32,000 bases of DNA, taken from assembly GCF_000172995.2 (NCBI RefSeq), contig NC_014731.1, forward strand, positions 180,001-212,000, read 5' to 3'. Within the stretch, counting starts at the first letter, position 1. Each line of letters begins with the position of its first letter. The notes under the pieces were generated by a model. It made no database searches, was not told where the DNA came from, and worked only from the letters and a program-made list of their open reading frames with translations. The stretch is from Halogeometricum borinquense DSM 11551. GTDB lineage: Archaea > Halobacteriota > Halobacteria > Halobacteriales > Haloferacaceae. Below are positions 8,812-15,366 of the stretch, piece after piece. The translations under genes were made by a program, and so were the position numbers.

Positions 8812-9638
8812 TCCGACCCGACCCACAGACCCCGCCGTACGCGCTCACCATCGCGTCCGGTGACTCGGGCGGCGGCGCGGGCATTCAGGCTGACCTGAAG
8901 ACGATGACTCGCCTCGGCGTCTACGGCGGATCCGTCATCGTCGGCGTCACCTCGCAGAACACCCGGGGTGTTCGTTCGACGCACGTCCTCCCATCCGAGG
9001 AGATTCGCGCGCAGTTCGATGCCGTCCACGACGATTTCGATATCGGCGCGGTGAAACTAGGGATGCTCGCCACCGCCGACGCTGTCAGAACTGTGGACGA
9101 CTGCCTCGATGCCTATGATGGGGCCGTCGTCATCGATCCTGTGATGGTTGCCGCGTCGGGCGATAGACTCCTCGAATTGGACGCCATCGACGCCTACACT
9201 GACCTGTTTGCACAGGCGACGTTGGTCACGCCGAACGCCGACGAGACAGAGGAACTGACGGGCGAGTGGCCCGACTCGGACGACGCACGCGACGCCGCCG
9301 CATCGCAGTTCTTCGAGTGGGGTGCCGATGCTGTCTTGTTCAAAGGCGGCCACGTCGCCGAGAACGGCGACGAAATTCGGGATATTCTCGTCACACAGGA
9401 CGGGAGCCAGACGTTCGCTTCCCCCCGAATCGACACGGAGACGACACACGGGTCCGGGTGTACGCTGTCGAGCGCAATCGCCGCCCGCCTCGCACGTGGC
9501 GATGACCTTTCGACGGCCGTCGAACGGGGTATTTCGTTCGTCCGAGCGGCGATAGAGCGACCGGCCGCCGTGGGTGAGAACGGGAGTGTGAACCACCTCG
9601 TGGATGGGGAACTGACGATCGAGGAGTTCGATAACTGA
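8808..9638 (+). CDS. thiD: Hydroxymethylpyrimidine/phosphomethylpyrimidine kinase
   Basis: ALTIASGDSGGGAGIQADLKT, VKLGML, VIDPVMVA and THGSGCTLSSAIAA are ThiD/PfkB-type motifs. Confidence 0.9.
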   Translation: MIRPDPQTPPYALTIASGDSGGGAGIQADLKTMTRLGVYGGSVIVGVTSQNTRGVRSTHVLPSEEIRAQFDAVHDDFDIGAVKLGMLATADAVRTVDDCLDAYDGAVVIDPVMVAASGDRLLELDAIDAYTDLFAQATLVTPNADETEELTGEWPDSDDARDAAASQFFEWGADAVLFKGGHVAENGDEIRDILVTQDGSQTFASPRIDTETTHGSGCTLSSAIAARLARGDDLSTAVERGISFVRAAIERPAAVGENGSVNHLVDGELTIEEFDN

Positions 9639-9869
9639 CTCGGTCAGGGTGAGCCGAGTCGTTCGACCAGTCCGTCGAAATCGTCGTGGCGACTCGCGCC
9701 GCGGTCGTGGTCTACAGAAGAAACAAGGCGAGTGCCTCGGGGTCTCACAAATCGCTCTGCGATGTGCTGGATACGCGAACTCCAGATCTCTCTGTAACCC
9801 CGAGGCGGTTCGCAATCGATCCGATATCGGCCTCAGACACCACAAAACCGGTTTGTTGGCGGTCTCCTA

Positions 9870-10457
9870 TTAGATCATCAGTTGCACGTCGGCGTCGGCC
9901 ATGTCCTGAATCGCCGTCGCCGCTCCGACGCCCGTGGTGACGCCGGAGAAGAAATCGTCCTCGTCGTATCCCATCAAGTCGATGGTCATCTGGCAGGCTT
10001 GGAACTCGACGCCCAAATCGAGCGACGTCTGGATGAGTTCCTCGATGGAGGCGGTGTCGTTGTCGCGGATGCGTTTTTTCATCATCTCGGTTGTGAGTCG
10101 GTCCATGCCCGGAAGCGCACCGAGGGCGTTCGGCATCGGCATATTGGGATTACCGACCGAACTCAGTTTCAGGTCCTTCGAGCGCTCCTCGTGGAGGATA
10201 TCGAGCCCCCAGAACGTGTGGAATACGGTCACCTCGTAGCCGAACGCGGCCGCCGTGCTGGCGAGGATAAGCGGCGGGTACGCCATGTCCAGCGTCCCTT
10301 TCGTGGCGATAATTGACATCTTGGGTGGCCCGTCGTCATCGGTGTCTGACTCCACTGCGGCGAGTCTGTCTTCGAGTTCAGCGACGCGCGCGGCGAGTTC
10401 TGACCGACTCGGCTGGTCGCCGTCGCCCGCGGGCGTCGATGTCGTATCTGTGCTCAT
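9870..10457 (-). CDS. DsrE/DsrF-like sulfur-relay family protein with an acidic, coiled N-terminal extension
   Basis: The core reads MSIIATKGTLDMAYPPLILASTAAAFGYEVTVFHTFWGLDILH...FQACQMTIDLMG, a DsrE-fold pattern with a conserved Cys. It starts 3 nt after the tusA stop. Confidence 0.75.
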   Translation of the reverse strand: MSTDTTSTPAGDGDQPSRSELAARVAELEDRLAAVESDTDDDGPPKMSIIATKGTLDMAYPPLILASTAAAFGYEVTVFHTFWGLDILHEERSKDLKLSSVGNPNMPMPNALGALPGMDRLTTEMMKKRIRDNDTASIEELIQTSLDLGVEFQACQMTIDLMGYDEDDFFSGVTTGVGAATAIQDMADADVQLMI

Positions 10458-10460
10458 CCT

Positions 10461-10703
10461 CTACTCCGTCTTCTGCACGTAGTGGGTGTACACGCCGTCG
10501 CCCTCGCTCTGGTCGAGCAACTCGACGCCGTCGGTGGTGTCGGCCCATCCCGCGATGTCGCTCATGCTCCCGGAATCGGTCGCAACGACCTCTAATACGT
10601 CGCCTGCGGTGAGTTCGTCTATTCCTTGTTTGGTCTTGACGACCGGCATCGGGCAGTTTTCTCCCTTCACGTCGAGTGTGTCGGTGATCTCGGTGTCGTT
10701 CAT
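10461..10703 (-). CDS. tusA: TusA/SirA-family sulfur carrier protein
   Basis: LDVKGENCPMPVVKTKQGI contains the CPxP active-site motif. The protein is 80 aa when started at ATG 10703. The track start at 10742 adds 13 hydrophobic residues and is an alternative. Confidence 0.85.
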   Translation of the reverse strand: MNDTEITDTLDVKGENCPMPVVKTKQGIDELTAGDVLEVVATDSGSMSDIAGWADTTDGVELLDQSEGDGVYTHYVQKTE

Positions 10704-10799
10704 GGTGTTGAACTTAACGCACAATATCGGTGGCATAGACAAAAGTGTGTCGGTAGTATTTCTAAACCCTCACATTACTGTAGATGCTGGATATTATGT

Positions 10800-10870
10800 G
10801 GGCTATAGCCGGTTTATCTCGCTCGGTCTTCGGGCTATCCGGTATCTGTCTTGCTATAGTGGTATTGTAG
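10800..10870. promoter_or_regulatory. Three imperfect direct repeats in the divergent tusA / rhodanese-MBL promoter region
   Basis: GGGCTATAGCCGGTTTATCTC (10800..10820), GGGCTATCCGGTATCTGTC (10832..10850) and TGCTATAGTGGTATTGTAG (10852..10870). A TATA-like TTATTT at 10896..10901 lies 28 nt upstream of ATG 10929. Confidence 0.35.
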
Positions 10871-10928
10871 AGGATTTGAATTACTATGCAAAGCCTTATT
10901 TGAGACGGCCGGATAGGTGGGAGTGACG

Positions 10929-12107
10929 ATGGAAGGAACGCAATCCGAGACGGAGAACTCGGTCGAGTCGATTACGCCCGAACAACTGAACGCACAGATT
11001 TCGGACGGCGACGGTGCGTTCATCCTTGATGTCCGCTCGGCAGATAACTTCGATGAGTGGCACATCGAGGGTCCCAACGTGGAGTCGCTGAACTATCCGT
11101 ACTTCGAACTACTTGACGGTATTCCGGACGATTTACTCGCGCAATTGCCCGAGGACCGGACCATCACAGTTCTCTGTGCGAAGGGTGGTTCCAGCGAGAT
11201 GATCGCCGAATCGATTCAGGAGGAGGGCTTCGACGTGAACCATCTCGAACGCGGCATGAAGGGATGGGCGCGTATCTACGAGTACGACGAACTCGACGTG
11301 GACGTTGCGGCCACCGTCGCCCAGTACCGGCGACCGTCGAGCGGTTGTCTGGCCTATCTCGTCGCGTCCGATGGCGAAGCGGCCGTCATCGACCCGCTTC
11401 GTGCGTTCACCGACGAGTACGTGCAGGACGCCCGCGCGCTCGGAACCGACCTCACGTACGCACTTGATACACACGTTCACGCCGACCACATCTCGGGCAT
11501 CCGGACGCTCTCAGAACAGACAGACGCGACGGCAGTTCTTCCGGCCCCCGCCGTTGCACGCGGCGTCGAGTACGACGTTCCGTTCGAGCAAGTAGCCGAC
11601 GGCGACACGCTCTCTGTCGGGAACGTCGATATCGAAGTGATTCACACTCCCGGACACACGTCGGGTATGACTGCGTACAAAGTTGGAGACGTGCTTTTCA
11701 CCGGTGACGGCTTGTTCACCGAGAGCGTCGCCCGCCCGGACCTCGAAGACCCCGAGGCCGCAACAGACGCGGCACGGACGCTCTACACGAGTCTCACCGA
11801 GAAGGTTCTCCCACTTCCCGACGAGACGGTGGTCGCGCCCGCTCACTTCAGCGATGCGGCCACGCCGAACGACGATGCAACGTACACTGCCGAACTCGGG
11901 ACGCTGACAGAGACGATGGACGCGCTGGCGATGGACGAAGACGAGTTTATCGAGTTTATCGTCGCGGATATGCCGCCGCGCCCGGCGAACTACGAGGAGA
12001 TAATCGCCACCAACCTCGGTCTGGAATCACTGGACGATGAGAAAGCGTTCGAACTCGAACTCGGCCCGAACAACTGCGCGGCCAGCAACGGAGCGCTGAC
12101 GAACTGA
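10929..12107 (+). CDS. Rhodanese domain fused to a metallo-beta-lactamase-fold, ETHE1-like persulfide dioxygenase domain
   Basis: The N-terminal rhodanese has the active-site loop VLCAKGGSS. The MBL part has THVHADHISG (HxHxDH), HTPGHTSG and FTGDGLF, as in ETHE1/PDO enzymes. The start is set at ATG 10929; the track uses a GTG at 10917. Confidence 0.85.
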   Translation: MEGTQSETENSVESITPEQLNAQISDGDGAFILDVRSADNFDEWHIEGPNVESLNYPYFELLDGIPDDLLAQLPEDRTITVLCAKGGSSEMIAESIQEEGFDVNHLERGMKGWARIYEYDELDVDVAATVAQYRRPSSGCLAYLVASDGEAAVIDPLRAFTDEYVQDARALGTDLTYALDTHVHADHISGIRTLSEQTDATAVLPAPAVARGVEYDVPFEQVADGDTLSVGNVDIEVIHTPGHTSGMTAYKVGDVLFTGDGLFTESVARPDLEDPEAATDAARTLYTSLTEKVLPLPDETVVAPAHFSDAATPNDDATYTAELGTLTETMDALAMDEDEFIEFIVADMPPRPANYEEIIATNLGLESLDDEKAFELELGPNNCAASNGALTN

Positions 12108-12108
12108 G

Positions 12109-12603
12109 ATGAGCGAACTCGTCCCGTTGGTCGTCGTCGGTGACCTGTTCCCGCGGGGTATCTGGCCGTACCTCCTCGGCGGCCTCCTCGTCGGACTCGG
12201 CGCGAGCGGTATCTACCTCAGCACGGGTCTCATCGCTGGTGCGAGTACGTTCCTCGAATCGACGCTCTCGTACGTCTCCGACGTGCCGCGGTTCAACCGC
12301 TCCAAATACGTCCAGTCCCGCCGGTGGCGCGTTGTGTTCACAGCGGGCATCGTTAGTGGTGCTGCCGTCTACGGACTCGTTCTCGATCCCGGACTCTGGA
12401 CGACTGACGTGCAGTGGTGGCGACTCCTCGGCGGCGGATTCCTCGTCGGCGTCGGGACGCGACTCGGGAAGGGATGTACCTCTGGACACGGGGTCTGCGG
12501 TCTCGGGTCGCTCTCGAACACTTCCGTCGTGAACGTCCTGACGTTCCTCGCGTTCGCTATCGGCACCGCACAACTCGTCGCCGCGCTGGGAGTGTCGCCG
12601 TGA
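12109..12603 (+). CDS. YeeE/YedE-family sulfur-compound transporter, half-size subunit 1
   Basis: Polytopic membrane protein with the GKGCTSGHGVCG motif. It starts 1 nt after the preceding stop. Confidence 0.85.
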   Translation: MSELVPLVVVGDLFPRGIWPYLLGGLLVGLGASGIYLSTGLIAGASTFLESTLSYVSDVPRFNRSKYVQSRRWRVVFTAGIVSGAAVYGLVLDPGLWTTDVQWWRLLGGGFLVGVGTRLGKGCTSGHGVCGLGSLSNTSVVNVLTFLAFAIGTAQLVAALGVSP

Positions 12604-13064
12604 GTTCCGAGCAGCGCGGACTGACATTCCTCGCGGCCGTTTACCTCGGTGGCCTCGTGTTCGGATTCGGACTGGCGATAAGTGGGATGGCTCGTCCGGA
12701 AGTCGTGCTCGATTTCCTCCAGTTCAACGACTTCGGCCTCATCTTTGTCATGGGTGGTGCGGCAGTCGTCACGGCAGTCGTCTTCGCCGTGGCGACGCGG
12801 TATTTCGACCGCGCCCCGATTACGGCGCGCGAGTACACCCGCCGCGTGAAAGAGTTCGACCGGAATGTCGTCGTCGGCGGAGCCATCTTCGGCGTTGGAT
12901 GGGGTCTTTCGGGCATCTGTCCGGGTGCGGCCTATGCGAGTTTCGGCGTCGGCAACTACCCCATCTTGTGGGCTATCGCGGGGATGTTCCTCGGCGCGTA
13001 CGCACAAGGACTCGTTCGCACTCGTATCGGTTCGACAAACACGACTGAGACGACGACACACTAA
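12600..13064 (+). CDS. YeeE/YedE-family sulfur-compound transporter, half-size subunit 2
   Basis: The GTG at 12600 overlaps the upstream stop (GTGA). The hydrophobic protein carries GWGLSGICPG. The part of the track ORF upstream of 12600 is Arg-rich and overlaps subunit 1 out of frame. Confidence 0.8.
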   Translation: MSSEQRGLTFLAAVYLGGLVFGFGLAISGMARPEVVLDFLQFNDFGLIFVMGGAAVVTAVVFAVATRYFDRAPITAREYTRRVKEFDRNVVVGGAIFGVGWGLSGICPGAAYASFGVGNYPILWAIAGMFLGAYAQGLVRTRIGSTNTTETTTH

Positions 13065-13157
13065 GTCAGATGTACCTACAGTACCCGAAACTGGATTCGC
13101 GCAAACAGTATTGTGTAAAAATGGAACAACCAAAAACAACTAGTGGTGATCGCTGAG

Positions 13158-13304
13158 ATGATCGGAGCAGATCTCGCCCAACTCATTCCAGCGGCGCAGA
13201 CGGTTGGGATTGTCCTCGCTGAGGCCATCGCGTTGTACGTCATCTATGGCGCGGTGACACGAGTCGCCGGTCCGACTGCACAGGCGATGCTCGGTGGTGA
13301 CTGA
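13158..13304 (+). CDS. 48-aa single-pass membrane micro-protein (below the ORF-track cutoff)
   Basis: ATG 13158 gives MIGADLAQLIPAAQTVGIVLAEAIALYVIYGAVTRVAGPTAQAMLGGD, ending at TGA 13302..13304, 2 nt before the TauE ATG. It has one clear TM helix. In-frame GTGs at 13143 and 13146 are alternative starts. Confidence 0.4.
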   Translation: MIGADLAQLIPAAQTVGIVLAEAIALYVIYGAVTRVAGPTAQAMLGGD

Positions 13305-13306
13305 CG

Positions 13307-14303
13307 ATGGAGCCATTTGGCTTGAGCCTCGCCATGGTCGGCCTGTTCGTCGGGTTCGGCCTCCTCATCGGAATCCTGTTCGGATTCTTCGGGATGGGTG
13401 GGTCGTTCCTCGTCACGCCCGCACTGTTAGTACTCGGCTATCCGGCGAACGTGGCTGTCGGAAGCGGACTCGCGTTCGTGTTTGGTACGAGTGTTATCGG
13501 CGCACTCAAACATCGGGACCACGGGCAGATCGACTACAAACTCGCGGCGCTGATGACGCTCGGCATGACCGCCGGTATCGAGGGCGGAAAGCGGGTCGTC
13601 TTCCTCTTAGAGGAACTCGGCTCGGCCGACCTCGTCGTCAGCGTGTTCTACGTCGGTCTCCTCGCGCTCGTGGGGCTGTTCACCCTCCGTGACGCGTGGC
13701 GTGACGGCGGCAGTGATCGTAGCACAGATCTGACCGACCGCGTACAGTCGATTCGGGTTCCACCGATGGTATCGTTGAACGGCGGTTCGACCGTCTCGGT
13801 GTGGGTTATCCTCGTCACAGGTGGCGCTATCGGTATCCTCTCTGGATTCCTCGGCGTCGGCGGTGGATTCCTTCTGATGCCGGCGATGATGTACGGATTG
13901 GGTGTCCCAGCGGCCGTCGCCGTCGGCACGGGATATCCTGCAAATCACCGTCTCCGGTGCATTCGGCGCGTTCGTCTACGCGCAGGAGGGGTCCGTCGCG
14001 CTCCCCGTCGTCGCGTCGCTTCTCCTCGGAAGCGCACTCGGCGCGCGCGTCGGTGCAGCGGCGACGAAACTCGTAGACGAGGACGGAATCAAAGGCTACT
14101 TCGCCGCGATGCTGTTGGCGGGGAGTCTCTCCGTCACCGCGAAGGAACTAAGCGGCCCGCTCGGTATCGACGCGCTCGAAACGGTGAGCATGGCGCTCAT
14201 CTTCGGCGCGACAGTTCTCGTGAGTACCGCTGTCGTCCTTGCGGCCGTCTGCGCACTCCGCAGTGGCGGTGGCGGTACGTGGTGCCGTCTCACCTCGACG
14301 TAG
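13307..14303 (+). pseudogene. TauE/SafE-family sulfite/sulfonate exporter interrupted by a +1 frameshift at GGG 13930..13932
   Basis: Frame A (13307 onward) reads a normal TauE N-half up to ...GVPAAVAVGT and then turns Arg-rich. Frame B (track ORF 13902..14303) continues with DILQITVSGAFGAFVYAQEGSVALPVVASLLLGSALGARVG..., a normal TauE C-half. Removing one G restores ...AVGTDILQITVSG... Confidence 0.75.
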
Positions 14304-14312
14304 GCGCTCGTT

Positions 14313-14330
14313 GTGCAGAACTGTCTGCAC
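14313..14330. terminator. Hairpin in the 47-nt convergent gap between TauE and nrdB
   Basis: GTGCAG-aactgt-CTGCAC, a 6-bp stem. Its role as a terminator is inferred only from its position. Confidence 0.25.
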
Positions 14331-14350
14331 GCGGTTCGGGTCGAGCGTAC

Positions 14351-15343
14351 CTACCAGTCGAGCGAGCCGCCGCTTTGGTACTCAGTGACTTGCGTCTCGA
14401 AGAAGTTCTTCTCCTTGTTGAGGTCAACCGCCTCGCTCATCCACGGGAACGGGTTGTCTGTTCCGTAACTGGCGTCCAAATCGAGTTGGCCGAGTCGGCG
14501 GTCAGCGACGTGTTCGACGTACTCAGCGAACTGGTCGGGGCTCATTCCTAACACGTCATCGGGGCACGCCTCGCGAGCGTATATCTGTTCGAGGTCAACC
14601 GCTTTCTCTATCAGGTCGCGTACTTCCGCGCCGAACTCGTCAGTCCACGCGTCGGGATTCTCGGCGCGAATCTGGTTTATCAGATCGACACCGAATCCTA
14701 CGTGCAGTGACTCGTCGCGCATGATGTACTCGAACTGCTGGCCGATTCCAACCATCTTGTTCTGACGCTTCAGCGCGAGCATCATGGCGAACCCGGCGTA
14801 GAAGAACACACCCTCCATGACGACGTAGAACCCCACGAGATCACGCAGGAGATCGCGCACGTCTGCTGTGTCCTCCACTGTGAAGTCTGGGTCGTCGAGA
14901 TTTCGCGTCAGGTCCACGACGAACTCGTCTTTCTCCTTGATGGAGGGCACGCGGTCGTACATCCCGTACATGTACTCGGGGTCGAATCCCAGCGAGTCAC
15001 AGCAGTAGATGAACGTGTCCGTGTGGATCGCTTCCTCGTACGCCTGTCGAAGGAGGTACTGACGACACTCCGGCGCGGTGACGTACTCGTAGAGGGCGAG
15101 GACAATATTGTTCGCCGTCAGCGATTCGGCAGTGGAGAAAAAGCCGAGATTCCACTCGACTAACTGCTTTTCGGAGTCGCTGAGCGCATCGCCGTTCCAC
15201 TGGGCGATGTCCTCCTGCATCGGTATCTCCTCTGGCACCCAGTTGTTGGCGACGCCGTCGCGGTAGTACTGGCGCGCCCAGTCGTAGTCGATTGGCAGTA
15301 TCTTGTTCGGGTCGTGTTCCGTGTCGTTGTTCAGTATCGCCAT
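14351..15343 (-). CDS. nrdB: Ribonucleotide reductase small subunit (R2) with a class Ic-like metal and radical site
   Basis: Ferritin-like ligand motifs: FFSTAESL (E73), YEEAIHTDTF (E104, H107, F111), VMEGVFFY and MRDESLH. The position that is the radical Tyr in class Ia is Phe. Confidence 0.95.
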   Translation of the reverse strand: MAILNNDTEHDPNKILPIDYDWARQYYRDGVANNWVPEEIPMQEDIAQWNGDALSDSEKQLVEWNLGFFSTAESLTANNIVLALYEYVTAPECRQYLLRQAYEEAIHTDTFIYCCDSLGFDPEYMYGMYDRVPSIKEKDEFVVDLTRNLDDPDFTVEDTADVRDLLRDLVGFYVVMEGVFFYAGFAMMLALKRQNKMVGIGQQFEYIMRDESLHVGFGVDLINQIRAENPDAWTDEFGAEVRDLIEKAVDLEQIYAREACPDDVLGMSPDQFAEYVEHVADRRLGQLDLDASYGTDNPFPWMSEAVDLNKEKNFFETQVTEYQSGGSLDW

Positions 15344-15366
15344 TGTAGATCAGATCCTCGGTCGTT

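Noticed and set aside
9057-9845. Long antisense or alternative-frame ORFs: this one, plus 4376..5035, 5578..6069, 11956..12627, 12369..13139, 15562..16479, 16430..16891, 17916..18548, 20509..21033, 24178..24885 and 26187..26867
   Set aside because: All are Arg/Pro/Ser-rich and basic. They overlap well-supported acidic genes on the other strand or in another frame. This is the expected stop-codon-poor artefact of GC-rich DNA.
9640-9869. Possible degraded helix-turn-helix gene in the 231-nt convergent gap between thiD and the DsrE-like gene. Minus-strand fragments read ...SEADIGSIANRLGVTERS... and, in another frame, ...IAERFVRPRGTRLVSSVDHDRGASRHDDFDGLVERLGSP.
   Set aside because: It needs at least one frameshift and has no credible start. 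The similarity to HTH domains is only my impression from about 15 residues. That is too weak to call even a pseudogene without a homology search.
10800-10808. Recurrence of GGGCTAT(A) at 10800, 10832, 23260 and (inverted) 23345, as evidence for a regulon linking the sulfur island and the wHTH gene
   Set aside because: A 7-mer is expected a few times by chance on both strands of 32 kb, and the flanking sequences do not align.
13307-14551. The 414-aa ORF in the track, taken as one intact gene
   Set aside because: After residue ~208 the translation turns into an Arg/Pro-rich sequence that runs antisense across the nrdB 3' end. The true continuation of the TauE protein is in the frame of 13902..14303. 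I treat it as a frameshifted TauE ending at 14303.
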